DNA of 60,695 nt from positions 1-60,695 of the forward strand of contig JBBQUQ010000006.1 of NCBI GenBank assembly GCA_038212325.1, given 5' to 3'. The stretch's first letter is position 1. Every line of letters begins with the position of its first letter. The notes below the pieces were generated by a model. The model was given only the letters and a program-made list of their open reading frames with translations. It was not told the DNA's origin and ran no database searches. The DNA comes from Bacteroidales bacterium. GTDB lineage: Bacteria; Bacteroidota; Bacteroidia; Bacteroidales; FEN-979. This document shows positions 1-11,456 of the stretch, piece after piece. Position numbers and translations under genes: made by a program.

Positions 1-2
1 AC

Positions 3-1118
3 GGGCTCCTGAGGCTCATCCTGCAACTGGATGGCGAAGATATCGTTGACATCGTCCCCGACATTGGGTTCCATCACAGGGGTGCGGAAAAAATGGGTGA
101 ACGACAGTCGTGGCATACCTTCATCCCTTACACCGACCGCATTGATTACCTCGGCGGCGTGATGAACAACCTGGCTTACCTGCTTTCTGTTGAAAAACTT
201 GCCGGAATTGAGCTGCCCGACCGGGCGAAGGTGATCCGGATCATGATGAGCGAGCTCTTCCGCATTGCCAGCCACCTGGTTTGGCTTGGCACGTTTGCCC
301 AGGACATGGGGCAGCTTTCGCCGGTTTTCTTCACCTTCAACGACAGGGAACGCGTTTTCGACCTTGTGTCGGCCATCACCGGCGGACGCATGCACCCGAA
401 CTGGTTCAGGATTGGCGGCGTGGCCATGGACCTGCCGGACGGGTGGGAGAAAAAAATGCAGGAATTCGTTGATTATCTCCCGCGGAGGCTGAAAGAATAC
501 GACCGGGTCATCATGCGGAACAGCATTTTCAAAGCACGAACTGTGGGAATAGGTGCTTATACCACAAAGGAAGCCATTGAGTGGGGCATCACCGGCGCCG
601 GGCTGCGTGCCACCGGGTGCAATTTTGATTACCGGAAGATGCGTCCCTATTCAGGCATCGAACAGTTCGAATTCGACGTGCCGCTCGGAAGCAACGGCGA
701 CTGTTACGACCGGGCGCTTGTGCGGATGGAAGAGATGCGGCAGAGTTTGCGGATCATCGGGCAATGCATCAAAAATATGCCTGCCGGGCACTATAAGTCG
801 GACCATCCGCTGGCGACGCCTCCCAGGAAAGAGCGGACCATGGAGGACATCGAAACCCTGATCAACCATTTCCTGGGAGTGACGTGGGGCCCTGTGATCC
901 CGGCAGGCGAGGCGATGGTTCCCATCGAAGCCTCCAAGGGCAGCAACGGCTATTACCTTGTAAGCGATGGCGGCACGTCATCGTACAGGACAAGGATCCA
1001 CTCACCGTCGTTTCCGCACATGCAGATGCTGCCTTTGATCAGCAGGGGATATACGGTTCCCGACCTGCTGGCGATTCTTGGGGCCATGGATTTTGTGCTG
1101 GCGGACCTTGACAGGTAA
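3..1118 (+). CDS. nuoD: NADH-quinone oxidoreductase subunit D (or D part of a fused NuoCD), 5' end outside the window
   Basis: Frame is open from nt 3 ([38 protein letters not shown]...). [17 protein letters not shown] and C-terminal DFVLADLDR are NuoD hallmarks. First gene of the nuo run. Confidence 0.95.
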   Translation, partial: GLLRLILQLDGEDIVDIVPDIGFHHRGAEKMGERQSWHTFIPYTDRIDYLGGVMNNLAYLLSVEKLAGIELPDRAKVIRIMMSELFRIASHLVWLGTFAQDMGQLSPVFFTFNDRERVFDLVSAITGGRMHPNWFRIGGVAMDLPDGWEKKMQEFVDYLPRRLKEYDRVIMRNSIFKARTVGIGAYTTKEAIEWGITGAGLRATGCNFDYRKMRPYSGIEQFEFDVPLGSNGDCYDRALVRMEEMRQSLRIIGQCIKNMPAGHYKSDHPLATPPRKERTMEDIETLINHFLGVTWGPVIPAGEAMVPIEASKGSNGYYLVSDGGTSSYRTRIHSPSFPHMQMLPLISRGYTVPDLLAILGAMDFVLADLDR

Positions 1119-1145
1119 ACAAATTGATAAAGAGACTAAAACGAG

Positions 1146-1610
1146 ATGCTTACAGAGGAGGAAAAACAAGAGATCAGGGATGAAATAAAGCTATATCCTT
1201 ACCCGCATGCGGCATGCGTGGATGCGTTGAAGATTGTTCAGGCGCACAGGAGCTGGATATCCGATGATGCGATCCGCGATGTGGCCGATTTCCTGGGTAT
1301 GTCGAGGGCCGAGGTTGACGGGGTGGCAACATTTTACAGCCGCCTTTACCGGCATCCGGTGGGAAGGCATGTGATCCTCATTTGCGACAGCATGAGCTGC
1401 CTGGTGATGGGATATGAATCAATTTATGAGCATGTTGCCGCAAAACTGGGCATCAGGTTCGGACAGACCACGGCCGACAACCGTTTCACGCTCCTTCCGG
1501 TGTCGTGCCTCGGCGACTGCGATCATGCCCCATCCATGATGATCGACCAAAACCTATACAGCGACCTGACGTTTGAAAAAGCAGACCAACTTCTTTCAGA
1601 ATTTCAATAA
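1146..1610 (+). CDS. nuoE: NADH-quinone oxidoreductase subunit E
   Basis: VATFYS motif; 2Fe-2S ligands CDSMSC...CLGDC; operon position. Confidence 0.95.
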   Translation: MLTEEEKQEIRDEIKLYPYPHAACVDALKIVQAHRSWISDDAIRDVADFLGMSRAEVDGVATFYSRLYRHPVGRHVILICDSMSCLVMGYESIYEHVAAKLGIRFGQTTADNRFTLLPVSCLGDCDHAPSMMIDQNLYSDLTFEKADQLLSEFQ

Positions 1611-1614
1611 CCCC

Positions 1615-2892
1615 ATGGAGAGACCCTTGACCATCCATATATCAAAAGACAAGGCCCCGCTTACCCTGAAGGAATACGCGGAGAAAGGGGGCTATTCCGC
1701 CGTGCATAAAGCACTGAAGGAGATGTCGGCACCGGGTATCACAGACCTGGTAAAAGCATCCAACCTGCTTGGCCGCGGAGGCGCCGGTTTCCCGGCCGGT
1801 ATAAAATGGGGGCTTGTGCCATCGGCAGAGGCTGTGCCCGGTCCAAGGTACCTGATTTGCAATGCCGATGAAATGGAGCCCGGAGCGTTCAAAGACCGGT
1901 ACCTCATGGAAGGGAACCCGCACCAGTTGATCGCAGGGATGATCATCGCTTCCTATGCGATTGGGGCAGAAACAGCGTATATTTTCCTGCGGTGGGCCTA
2001 TAAAAAATCAGAGTCCATCCTGAAAAAGGCCATAGCTGAAGCCTGTGATGCAGGTTACCTGGGAGAGAATATCCTGAAGAGCGGGTTCAACCTTAAAATC
2101 CATGTCCACGCCAGCGCCGGCCGGTACATTTGCGGCGAAGAAACCGCCCTGATCAATGCCCTCGAGGGAAAAAGGGGGATTCCCCGGGCAAAACCGCCCT
2201 ATCCCGCCACTGTCGGCCTTTTTGGAAAACCTACCATCGTGAACAACGTGGAGACCCTTTGCTGGATCTCGCACTTGGTTGAACATGGCGCCGAATGGTT
2301 CAGAGCACTCAGCCTGACCGGGGAGGGCGGCACAAAGCTTTTCGGCGTAAGCGGACGCGTGAAGAACCCGGGGTTGTGGGAACTTCCGCTTGGCACACCC
2401 ATGCGCGAGATCATCGAAGAACATGCAGGCGGAATGACCGCCGGATTCAAGTTGCGGGGAGTCATCCCGGGAGGGGCATCCACGGATTTCATCATGGGGG
2501 ACCAGCTTGACGTGAAAATGGACTTTGCCTCGATGCAAAAAGCAGGGAGCAGGCTGGGTACCGGCACCATGAGCGTTCTTGACGACACGGTCTGCCCGGT
2601 TTCCTACATCCTCAGCATGGAGCGTTTTTTTGCCCTTGAAAGCTGCGGATGGTGCACGCCCTGCCGCGAAGGGCTTCCCTGGGTCGTGAAGATCCTCCAG
2701 TCATTCGAGGATGGGAAGGCAACTGAAAAAGACCTGGATATCCTGCGACATCATACGGTGTATCTTGGCCCGGGAAACACATTTTGCGCCCATGCGCCGG
2801 GCGCGATGGAGCCACTGCAAAGCGGGCTGAAGTATTTCCACGATGATTTTGCCAGGCATATCAACGAAAAACACTGTCCATGGAAGGCATGA
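1615..2892 (+). CDS. nuoF: NADH-quinone oxidoreductase subunit F (FMN/NADH-binding)
   Basis: GRGGAGFPAG, CNADEMEPG, YICGEETAL, ESCGWCTPCREG. Start moved to the ATG at 1615, just after the nuoE stop. Confidence 0.95.
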   Translation: MERPLTIHISKDKAPLTLKEYAEKGGYSAVHKALKEMSAPGITDLVKASNLLGRGGAGFPAGIKWGLVPSAEAVPGPRYLICNADEMEPGAFKDRYLMEGNPHQLIAGMIIASYAIGAETAYIFLRWAYKKSESILKKAIAEACDAGYLGENILKSGFNLKIHVHASAGRYICGEETALINALEGKRGIPRAKPPYPATVGLFGKPTIVNNVETLCWISHLVEHGAEWFRALSLTGEGGTKLFGVSGRVKNPGLWELPLGTPMREIIEEHAGGMTAGFKLRGVIPGGASTDFIMGDQLDVKMDFASMQKAGSRLGTGTMSVLDDTVCPVSYILSMERFFALESCGWCTPCREGLPWVVKILQSFEDGKATEKDLDILRHHTVYLGPGNTFCAHAPGAMEPLQSGLKYFHDDFARHINEKHCPWKA

Positions 2893-5618
2893 GCCACATA
2901 TCAATTGACGGTAAGTTGTTTGAAGTCCGAACAGGCAGGAACCTTCTCGAAACCTGCCTTGCACTTGGGTTCAACCTGCCCTATTTCTGCTATCACCCGG
3001 CCATGGGGGCGGTAGGGGCATGCAGGCAATGCGCGGTAAAAAAATTCAGGGATCCAAACGACCTGAAGGGAAGGATCATCATGTCGTGCATGGAAGCCGT
3101 GAGCAACGGGCTGATCATCTCGATCGAGGACCCGGAGGCAAAGGCATTCCGGGCCTCCATCATTGAAGGACTCATGCTCAACCATCCCCACGACTGCCCG
3201 GTATGCGATGAAGGCGGCGAATGCCATCTGCAGGACATGACGGTGATGACAGGGCACAATTACCGGCGCAATGAATTCCCGAAAAGGACCTATAAAAACC
3301 AGTATCTCGGGCCCTTTATCAGCCATGAGATGAACCGGTGCATCCAGTGTTACCGGTGCGTGAGGTTCTACAAGGATTATGCGGGAGGAAAGGATTTAAA
3401 CGTATTCTCGGCACACGACCATGTTTATTTCGGCAGACAGGAGGACGGGATCCTTGAAAGCGAATTCAGCGGAAATCTGGCTGAGGTATGCCCAACCGGG
3501 GTATTTACCGATAAGACCCACAAACAGCATTTTACGCGCAAATGGGACCTTACGAACGCTCCGTCGGTTTGCACCCACTGCAGCGTGGGCTGCAACATCC
3601 TGGCCGGTGAACGGTACGGGACACTGCGCCGTATCATGACGCGCTACAACGGCGAAGTAAACGGTTATTTCATTTGCGACCGCGGAAGGTTCGGCTATGA
3701 ATTTGTGAATGACAAAAAGCGCCCCAGGCATGTCCTGGTAAGGTCGTCAAAAGATGCTGAACCTGTTGCCGTGCAGGGGGATGGTATTGTGTCGGCCCTG
3801 TTGCCGGCGCTGTCTGGCAACGGGCGGATCCTCGGGATCGGCTCGCCGCGTGCACCCCTTGAGGCCAACTTCGCCCTTTCGGCCATGGTTGGCAGGGAAA
3901 ATTTCTTCCATGGCGTTTCAAAAAATGAATACCTGCTCACCCGGTCGGCTTTGCAGATCATGCAGCAGGGATTGGCCCACTCCCCGTCGCTGAAAGAAAT
4001 TGAGAAGGCCGACGCTGTTCTGATCCTGGGGGAGGATCTCACCAATACAGCTCCCATGGTTGCGCTGGCCGTGAGGCAGGCTTCGCGGAACGTGCCCATA
4101 GAAAAGGCAGTACGATCGGGGATCCCGAGATGGCACGACGCTGCCCAGCGGGATATCGCCCAGGATGAGAAAAGCCCTGTATTCATTGTCGTGCCCTTTC
4201 AGACTAAACTGGACGACGTTGCAGAACTGGCCATCCATGTTTCGCCTTCTGACATCGCCAGGCTGGGATTTGCCGTCGCCCATTGTATTGATCCGGAGAT
4301 GCCTGAAGTTCCCGGACTGTCAGCGGAGTTGCAGGAACATGCCCTGAGGATCGGCGATGCCTTGAAGGCTGCAAAAAATCCGCTTATCATTTCCGGCATT
4401 CACAGCGGCAGCGAAGCCATCCTGCGTGCCGCGGCGGATGCCGCCTGGTCGCTGTCAAAGCCAGGCCGACCTTGTTTCCTCAGCCTGCTATTTCCCGAAT
4501 GCAACAGCGTAGGACTTGGCATGCTGGAAGGCGGAGATATTGATGAGGCGTTCGCACGAATTGCCGGCGGCAATGCCGACACCATGATCATCCTTGAGAA
4601 TGACCTGTACCGGAGGGCGGGAAAAGATGCTGTTGACCAGGCCTTCGCAACCTGTAAAAATGTCATCGTGCTTGATCACCTGGTAAATGAAACCACCCTG
4701 AAAGCCGATATCCTGCTCCCGGTGGGGACTTTTGCCGAATCTGAAGGTACCCTGGTGAACAATGAAGGCAGGGCGCAGCGTTTCTACAGGGTGTTCCCTT
4801 ATGATGAAGCGATCCCTGAAAGTTGGCGACGCATCATGGACATGATGATGATCGCTGGTAAAGCCATGTGGGAGAAGTGGCTTACCTTTGATGATGTGGC
4901 CGCCTCCATGATCGTGGCGAACCCGGGTTTTGAACCCATCGGGAGGAATATCCCCACGGCCGGTTTCAGGATGTTCGAGAACAAGATAAACCGCGATACG
5001 ATACGCTTCAGCGGTCGAACGGCGAATACGGCAGGCGAGGATGTAAGCGAACCTAAGCGTCCTGCCGACCCTGACTCACCACTGGCGTTCAGCATGGAAG
5101 GTTCGGCTGAAGTGCCGCCCTCCTCGCTGGTTCCCTATTACTGGGTCCCGGGATGGAATTCGTACCAGGCCATGAATTTCTACCTGAATGAACCGGGCGG
5201 GCATCTGCGCGGAGGTGATCCCGGCGTCAGGCTGATCCCTGAACCGGGAGGGCACAAAGTTCCGGCCTTCAGGGTTGAACCTGATGCGGACATGATAAAA
5301 ACCGGCACCAGGCTGATCATACCGGTTCACCGGATCTTCGGGTCGGAGGAACTGAGTTCCCGGGCGCCTGCCGTTGGCGAGCGGTTATCACAGCCGTTTG
5401 TCCTGGTGAACAGCATGGATGCGGCATCCATGGGTGTGGCGGAAAATGAAACAGTGAAACTCAGTGTTTCGGGAGTATCCGTGGAAGCCATATTGAAAAC
5501 TGATGACAGCATTCCCGGTGGAATTGCCGGCATGCCGATCGGTTTGCCGGGGATGGGATTCGTTGATCTTCCCGGGTATGGCGAGATAACAAAACAGGCA
5601 AAACCTGCAACACCATGA
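2889..5618 (+). CDS. nuoG: NADH-quinone oxidoreductase subunit G (long, ~909 aa)
   Basis: CYHP...[34 protein letters not shown], and CTHCSVGC...CDRGRF (N7-type cluster motif). ATGA overlap with nuoF. Confidence 0.95.
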   Translation: MSHISIDGKLFEVRTGRNLLETCLALGFNLPYFCYHPAMGAVGACRQCAVKKFRDPNDLKGRIIMSCMEAVSNGLIISIEDPEAKAFRASIIEGLMLNHPHDCPVCDEGGECHLQDMTVMTGHNYRRNEFPKRTYKNQYLGPFISHEMNRCIQCYRCVRFYKDYAGGKDLNVFSAHDHVYFGRQEDGILESEFSGNLAEVCPTGVFTDKTHKQHFTRKWDLTNAPSVCTHCSVGCNILAGERYGTLRRIMTRYNGEVNGYFICDRGRFGYEFVNDKKRPRHVLVRSSKDAEPVAVQGDGIVSALLPALSGNGRILGIGSPRAPLEANFALSAMVGRENFFHGVSKNEYLLTRSALQIMQQGLAHSPSLKEIEKADAVLILGEDLTNTAPMVALAVRQASRNVPIEKAVRSGIPRWHDAAQRDIAQDEKSPVFIVVPFQTKLDDVAELAIHVSPSDIARLGFAVAHCIDPEMPEVPGLSAELQEHALRIGDALKAAKNPLIISGIHSGSEAILRAAADAAWSLSKPGRPCFLSLLFPECNSVGLGMLEGGDIDEAFARIAGGNADTMIILENDLYRRAGKDAVDQAFATCKNVIVLDHLVNETTLKADILLPVGTFAESEGTLVNNEGRAQRFYRVFPYDEAIPESWRRIMDMMMIAGKAMWEKWLTFDDVAASMIVANPGFEPIGRNIPTAGFRMFENKINRDTIRFSGRTANTAGEDVSEPKRPADPDSPLAFSMEGSAEVPPSSLVPYYWVPGWNSYQAMNFYLNEPGGHLRGGDPGVRLIPEPGGHKVPAFRVEPDADMIKTGTRLIIPVHRIFGSEELSSRAPAVGERLSQPFVLVNSMDAASMGVAENETVKLSVSGVSVEAILKTDDSIPGGIAGMPIGLPGMGFVDLPGYGEITKQAKPATP

Positions 5619-6559
5619 ACTACGCACTAATTATCGCCGGCGTATTGCTGATCGTCCTGAACATCGCAGCAGGGCTGATTTTCATCGAAAGGCGGCTCCT
5701 TGCGCTTTGGCAGGACCGTTACGGACCCAACCGTGTAGGCCCTTTCGGACTCCTGCAGGTGGTGGCCGACATGGTAAAAATCTTTTTCAAGGAGGACTGG
5801 GTCCCTCCGTTCTCCGACAAGGTTGTCTTCATCCTGGCGCCTGCCATCCTGATTGTCACGATATTGCTCACCTTCGCCGTAACGCCTTTCGCCCCGGGAT
5901 TCAACGTGCTGGATTCAAACATCGCCGTGCTGTTTTTCCTCGGGAATTCATCGCTGGGTGTTTACAGCATTGTGCTCGGCGGATGGGCGTCAAACAACAA
6001 ATATGCGCTGCTTGGCGCCATGAGGGCATCGGCACAAATGCTCACCTACGAAGTTTTTATGGGCCTTTCGCTGATGGGCGTGGTGATGATGGCCGACAGC
6101 TTTAACTTCAATGAAATTGTAGAGGCACAGCGGCATGGGTGGTTCGTGATCCCGCAATTTGTCGGGTTCGTGATCTTCCTGATTGCTGGTGTTGCCGAAA
6201 CCCACCGGCTGCCATTCGACATCCCCGAAGCCGAGGGGGAACTGATTGCGGGGTTCCATTCGGAATATTCGGGGATGAAATTCGGGATGTTCTTCGTCGG
6301 GGAATACCTCGGGGTCACCCTCATTTCATCCCTGATCACGCTGCTTTTTTTCGGCGGCTGGCTCGGGCCGGCGTTTCTCCCGCCGATTTTCTGGTTCTTC
6401 CTTAAAACAGGGATTTTCATCTGCTTTTTCATTTTGCTCAGGGCATCGTTGCCCCGGCCGCGTTATGACCAACTGATGAGTGTGGGTTGGAAGATCCTTT
6501 TACCCCTGACGCTGATCAATATTTTAGCGACGGGGGCTGTATTAATCATTTGGAAATGA
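5615..6559 (+). CDS. nuoH: NADH-quinone oxidoreductase subunit H
   Basis: [44 protein letters not shown]. Confidence 0.95.
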   Translation: MNYALIIAGVLLIVLNIAAGLIFIERRLLALWQDRYGPNRVGPFGLLQVVADMVKIFFKEDWVPPFSDKVVFILAPAILIVTILLTFAVTPFAPGFNVLDSNIAVLFFLGNSSLGVYSIVLGGWASNNKYALLGAMRASAQMLTYEVFMGLSLMGVVMMADSFNFNEIVEAQRHGWFVIPQFVGFVIFLIAGVAETHRLPFDIPEAEGELIAGFHSEYSGMKFGMFFVGEYLGVTLISSLITLLFFGGWLGPAFLPPIFWFFLKTGIFICFFILLRASLPRPRYDQLMSVGWKILLPLTLINILATGAVLIIWK

Positions 6560-6617
6560 AGTTTCACGGCCATTTCCGAAATGGAACCGGCCAGGAAACT
6601 AGTAAAAACCAACGGAC

Positions 6618-7133
6618 ATGTTCAGCATATTAAGAAGCATATGGTACACCTTCCTGCACGCTTTCCACAAGCGTGAAACGATCCTGTACCCCGAAACAAA
6701 GCCATACCTGCCGCCCCGTTACCGTGGCAGAATCGTCCTCACCCGCGATCCCGACGGAGAGGAACGTTGCGTGGCGTGCCACCTGTGCTCGGCCGTATGC
6801 CCGGTTGACTGTATCTCTCTACAGGCCGCGGAGGATGCCAACGGCAGGCGGTACCCCGAAACCTTCCGGATCAACTTTTCGCGGTGTATTTATTGCGGTT
6901 TATGCGAGGATGCCTGCCCGACCTATGCGATCCAGCTTACGCCTGATTTTGAAATGGGAGAGTTTGACCGCCAGAACATGGTGTACGAAAAGGAACATTT
7001 GCTGATCAGCGGTGAAGGGAAATATCACGGGTATAATTTTTACAGGAATGCCGGTGTTGACGCCGGTGTAAAGGCAAAAGGAACAGGGGCCAATGAAGAG
7101 CTTCCGGTGGATGTAAAAGATCTGATGCCATAA
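6618..7133 (+). CDS. nuoI: NADH-quinone oxidoreductase subunit I
   Basis: Two CxxCxxCxxxCP ferredoxin motifs ([24 protein letters not shown]). Confidence 0.95.
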   Translation: MFSILRSIWYTFLHAFHKRETILYPETKPYLPPRYRGRIVLTRDPDGEERCVACHLCSAVCPVDCISLQAAEDANGRRYPETFRINFSRCIYCGLCEDACPTYAIQLTPDFEMGEFDRQNMVYEKEHLLISGEGKYHGYNFYRNAGVDAGVKAKGTGANEELPVDVKDLMP

Positions 7134-7147
7134 AACAGGTTCATGCA

Positions 7148-7696
7148 ATGAATGTCATTTTCTACATAGCGGCAGCAGTCGCGCTGGTCTCCACGGGGCT
7201 GGCCATTTCAGGAAAGAATGCGATTCATTCGCTCCTTCTCCTCATCGTGTCGCTGCTTTCGGTTTCAATCATCTTCTTCATCCTCGGCGCCCCCTTCATT
7301 GCTGCACTTGAAGTGATCGTTTACGGGGGAGCCATCATGGTGCTGTTTGTTTTTGCGATCATGATCCTGAATGTGGGGCTGGAGAAAGAGATGGAAAAAA
7401 AGTGGCTTCGGCCGCGGGTTTGGATCGTGCCATCCATCCTGGCTGCCATCCTGATGCTGAATTTCCTGTATATGATTTCGGGCACTCATCAAAACGGGAT
7501 CGCCGGCCGGATCATCCTTCCGAAGCAGGTGGGCATTTCGCTGTTCACCACCTACCTGATCGGGGTGGAGATCTCGGCGATGCTACTGCTGGCAGGGATC
7601 GTAGGGGCCTATCACTTGGGCAGGCAGAAGAAAAATGTTGTTCACCGCTTTCTGGAGAAGGACCAAATCGCTGAAGCAGATGAGAATTTATCCTAA
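7148..7696 (+). CDS. nuoJ: NADH-quinone oxidoreductase subunit J
   Basis: Hydrophobic; LEVIVYGGAIMVLFVF motif. Confidence 0.93.
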   Translation: MNVIFYIAAAVALVSTGLAISGKNAIHSLLLLIVSLLSVSIIFFILGAPFIAALEVIVYGGAIMVLFVFAIMILNVGLEKEMEKKWLRPRVWIVPSILAAILMLNFLYMISGTHQNGIAGRIILPKQVGISLFTTYLIGVEISAMLLLAGIVGAYHLGRQKKNVVHRFLEKDQIAEADENLS

Positions 7697-7708
7697 TACA
7701 ATGGGCCC

Positions 7709-8023
7709 ATGGTAACAGTTCCGGTAGAAATACAGATATTATTGGCAGGGGTGCTTTTCCTGATGGGCCTGGTGGGCGTGTTGGTGAGAAGGAACATTAT
7801 TTTCATGCTCATGTCCATCGAAATCATGTTCAACAGTGCCGGGCTGGTGTTTGTCATCGCCGGGGCGCACTGGGCACGCGTTGACGGGCAGGTGATGTTC
7901 ATTTTCATCCTAACCGTTGCGGCGGCAGAGGTGTCGGTGGGGCTGGCCATCATCCTGCAGATGTACCATCACTATAAAACCGTGGATGTGGACGAACTGG
8001 TAAAACTAAAAGATCTGACATGA
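7709..8023 (+). CDS. nuoK: NADH-quinone oxidoreductase subunit K
   Basis: RRNIIFMLMSIEIMFN, VAAAEVSVGLAI. Confidence 0.95.
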   Translation: MVTVPVEIQILLAGVLFLMGLVGVLVRRNIIFMLMSIEIMFNSAGLVFVIAGAHWARVDGQVMFIFILTVAAAEVSVGLAIILQMYHHYKTVDVDELVKLKDLT

Positions 8024-9897
8024 ATGTTCTGGTGACACTTATCCCTGCGTTGCCGCTTGCCGGTTTCCTCATCCTGGTTTTTTTGGGAGGGAGACTTTCC
8101 AGGCTGGCTGTTGCCATTACCGGTGCAGGTTCGGTGGGCATTTCCGCATTGCTGACCATTGTTGCCGGGGTGATGTTTTTAACATCGGCCCACGGGGCAG
8201 CGGGAATTACGGTTCACCTCTGGGACTGGATCCATTCAGAATCATTTGCGGCGGCTGTTGCGTTCAGGCTCGACGGCCTGTCACTCATTTTCATCTTCGT
8301 CATCACTTTTGTGGGATTCCTGATCCACCTCTATTCCGTCGAGTTCATGGCCGACGATGACGGCTACCCGCGGTTTTTCGCTTACATGAACCTGTTTGTC
8401 TGCTCCATGCTGATACTCGTTTTGGCCGATAACCTCCTGCTCCTGTACCTCGGATGGGAAGGAGTTGGTGTGTGCAGCTACCTGCTCATCGGGTTCTGGT
8501 ATAAGAACCCGGCAAACGGGTATGCGGCAAGAAAAGCCTTCATCGTGACCCGCATCGGCGATGTGGCTATGATCATCGGGCTTTTCCTCCTCTTCCTCAA
8601 CCTGCATACCCTCAACATCGAAGAGCTGATGCACCGGGCATCATCCAACTGGCTATCAGGGTCGCCGCTTGCGGTATGGGCAGCCGTGCTGCTGCTTGGC
8701 GGTGCGCTTGGCAAATCGGCTCAACTACCTTTGCAAACCTGGCTTCCCGACGCCATGGCAGGTCCATCGCCCGTGAGCGCCCTGATCCATGCTGCCACCA
8801 TGGTTACGGCAGGCGTTTACCTGATTGCCCGCACCCATGTTCTTTTTGCGCTGGCCCCCGCCGTACAGGCGGCCGTTGCGGTGATCGGGGCCCTTACCCT
8901 GCTGGTGGCGGGATTCAGCGCCCTCGGGCAGCACGACCTGAAGCGCGTGCTGGCCTATTCCACCATCAGCCAGATCGGCTATATGTTCCTGGCTCTTGGC
9001 GTCGGCGCATGGTCGGCGGCCGTCTTCCATTTCATGATCCATGCGTTCTTCAAAGCCCTTCTTTTCCTTGCCGGCGGAGCCGTGATCATGGCCCTGGATG
9101 ATGAACACGATATTTTCAACATGGGAGGTCTCCGGAAAAAACTTCCGGCAATCTTCTGGACCTTCCTCATCGGTTCCGCCTCCCTGTGCGCCCTGCCTCT
9201 GGTCACAGCAGGGTTTTACAGCAAGGATGCGATCCTGTGGTATTCATTTTCCGCTGACAAGGGGAACGTATGGCTCTGGCTTGCCGCATCAGCCGGGGCA
9301 TTTATCACGTCGTTATACACCGCAAGGCTGGTTTTCCTCACCTTCTTCGGTGAGACGAAGACAATGCCAACGCGCCATCCCGGCAAAATGATGATCGTGC
9401 CGATGGCGATCCTGGCCGTGTTCTCGCTCGTGGCTGGGTTTGTCGAGCTTCCCGAATCGCTGGGGCACCTGCACCTTTTTTCCGATATCCTGAAGCCGGT
9501 GCTCCCCGAAACAGTGCTCCCGGCCGAAAGAATCCCTGAGTGGGCATTCCAATTGCTGGCCATGGTGATCTCGATATCAGGCATTTACATCGGGTACCTG
9601 CTGTACTATAAAAAATCGGACCTGGCAGCCCGCTTCAGCCACAGCAGGCTGAATCATTTCTTTGAAAAAGGTTTTGGTTTCGACCGCGCATACGACCTTC
9701 TTTTCGTGAAGCCCGTGGTATGGCTTGCAGAAGTTGACAAGGGCGATTTCCTGGATAACTTCAACATGGAGATTGCACGGGTTGTCGCCTTTGGCAACCG
9801 GGCGCTCAGTTTAACCCAGAACGGACGGATCCGGTGGTATGTGATGGCATTCGCAGCCGGCATTGTTTTCATCCTTACAATCATGATGGCATTATGA
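8020..9897 (+). CDS. nuoL: NADH-quinone oxidoreductase subunit L
   Basis: GKSAQLPLQTWLPDAMAGPSPVSALIHAATMVTAG, HAFFKALLFL. Confidence 0.95.
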   Translation: MNVLVTLIPALPLAGFLILVFLGGRLSRLAVAITGAGSVGISALLTIVAGVMFLTSAHGAAGITVHLWDWIHSESFAAAVAFRLDGLSLIFIFVITFVGFLIHLYSVEFMADDDGYPRFFAYMNLFVCSMLILVLADNLLLLYLGWEGVGVCSYLLIGFWYKNPANGYAARKAFIVTRIGDVAMIIGLFLLFLNLHTLNIEELMHRASSNWLSGSPLAVWAAVLLLGGALGKSAQLPLQTWLPDAMAGPSPVSALIHAATMVTAGVYLIARTHVLFALAPAVQAAVAVIGALTLLVAGFSALGQHDLKRVLAYSTISQIGYMFLALGVGAWSAAVFHFMIHAFFKALLFLAGGAVIMALDDEHDIFNMGGLRKKLPAIFWTFLIGSASLCALPLVTAGFYSKDAILWYSFSADKGNVWLWLAASAGAFITSLYTARLVFLTFFGETKTMPTRHPGKMMIVPMAILAVFSLVAGFVELPESLGHLHLFSDILKPVLPETVLPAERIPEWAFQLLAMVISISGIYIGYLLYYKKSDLAARFSHSRLNHFFEKGFGFDRAYDLLFVKPVVWLAEVDKGDFLDNFNMEIARVVAFGNRALSLTQNGRIRWYVMAFAAGIVFILTIMMAL

Positions 9898-11456
9898 TAC
9901 TTGTTGACCTGATATTGATTCTTCTGGCCGGCGGAGTGCTGGCATGGTTCACGGGAAAATGGAATCCAATTGTGGCACGGATCATATCCCTTGCCGCGAT
10001 TTTCATTGATCTGGCCATAGTGGCATCGCTGTATCACCGGGTGGGTTCTGCCCCGTTCGGGGAGTGGGGCGTTGAATTCAGCCAGGCATGGATCCCCATA
10101 TTCGGCATCAGGATACACCTGGCCATGGATGGGCTAAGCCTCCTGCTGATCCTGCTAACGCTTTTCCTGGGGCTGATCGCTGTGATGATCTCCTGGAAAG
10201 AGATTGCTTATAAAACCGGTTTTTTTCATTTTAACATCCTCTGGATCCTTTCCGGCATCATCGGTGTATTCCTTGCCATGGACCTTTTCCTGTTCTATTT
10301 TTTCTGGGAGCTGATGCTGGTGCCGATGTATTTCCTGATCGGCATCTGGGGCCACGAAAATCGCATTTATGCCTCCTATAAATTCTTTATTTACACCCAG
10401 GCCAGCGGTTTGCTGATGTTCCTGGCCATCCTCGCCCTCTATTTTATCCATGGAAGGAACACGGGGATCTATACATTCAACTATACTGAGCTTCTTGACA
10501 CGAAAATGGCGCCTGCCACCTCCTGGATGATCATGCTTGGATTCCTGGCGGCCTTTCTCGTCAAACTGCCCATCGTTCCGCTGCATAACTGGCTGCCCGA
10601 TGCCCATTCCGAGGCGCCCACTGCCGGCAGCCTGATCCTGGCCGGCCTGATGCTCAAGACCGGCGCCTACGGGCTTATCCGTTTTGCAATACCGCTTTTC
10701 CCGGATGCTTCGATGAGCTTCGCCCCATACGGCATGGCGCTCGGCGTGATCGGCATCTTGTACGGGGCCAAACTGGCCTTCGCTCAAACAGATCTGAAAC
10801 GACTGGTGGCTTATACCAGTGTAAGCCACATGGGCTTTATCATGTTAGGTGTTTATGCCTGCAACATGATGTCGCTGCAGGGCGTGGTGATGCAGATGAT
10901 CGTTCATGCCATCAGCACCGGGGCATTGTTCATCCTGGCCGGGCAGTTGCAGGAGCGGATCCATACCCGTGACATTCGCAAAATGGGCGGTCTCTGGAAC
11001 CAGGCGCCGGTAATGGCGGGGATGGGGCTCATTTTTGCCATGGCTTCGCTCGGACTGCCGGGTCTTGGAAATTTCGTAGCCGAGTTCCTGATCCTGGCAG
11101 GATCATTTCAAACCAGCGTCCTCATGACCAGCCTGGCATCTCTCGGCCTTATTGCCGCCATGATTTATTCGTTGCGGATCGTGCAAAAGGTTTTCCTCGG
11201 GAAAGAGATCTCAGAGCGCAAGATGCCCGATCTCTCCATCCGGGAGAAAATCATTTTCGGTTCGCTGGTGGCGGTGATCGTTTACCTGGGGATTTTCCCC
11301 AACAAGGTTCTTGAAACCGCCGAACCGGCCATTAACAAAACATTGAGCCCCTTCGTGATCATCATGACGGATTGCCCGAGCAAAAATGAATATCGCGTAG
11401 TGAATGGTGAATATCAACTGCCGCATAGTGAAAAAAGTGTAAAATCATCCCAATGA
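9894..11456 (+). CDS. nuoM: NADH-quinone oxidoreductase subunit M
   Basis: FFWELMLVPMY, KLPIVPLHNWLPDAHSEAPTAGS, AYTSVSHMG. Start placed at the ATGA overlap with the nuoL stop. Confidence 0.95.
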   Translation: MILVDLILILLAGGVLAWFTGKWNPIVARIISLAAIFIDLAIVASLYHRVGSAPFGEWGVEFSQAWIPIFGIRIHLAMDGLSLLLILLTLFLGLIAVMISWKEIAYKTGFFHFNILWILSGIIGVFLAMDLFLFYFFWELMLVPMYFLIGIWGHENRIYASYKFFIYTQASGLLMFLAILALYFIHGRNTGIYTFNYTELLDTKMAPATSWMIMLGFLAAFLVKLPIVPLHNWLPDAHSEAPTAGSLILAGLMLKTGAYGLIRFAIPLFPDASMSFAPYGMALGVIGILYGAKLAFAQTDLKRLVAYTSVSHMGFIMLGVYACNMMSLQGVVMQMIVHAISTGALFILAGQLQERIHTRDIRKMGGLWNQAPVMAGMGLIFAMASLGLPGLGNFVAEFLILAGSFQTSVLMTSLASLGLIAAMIYSLRIVQKVFLGKEISERKMPDLSIREKIIFGSLVAVIVYLGIFPNKVLETAEPAINKTLSPFVIIMTDCPSKNEYRVVNGEYQLPHSEKSVKSSQ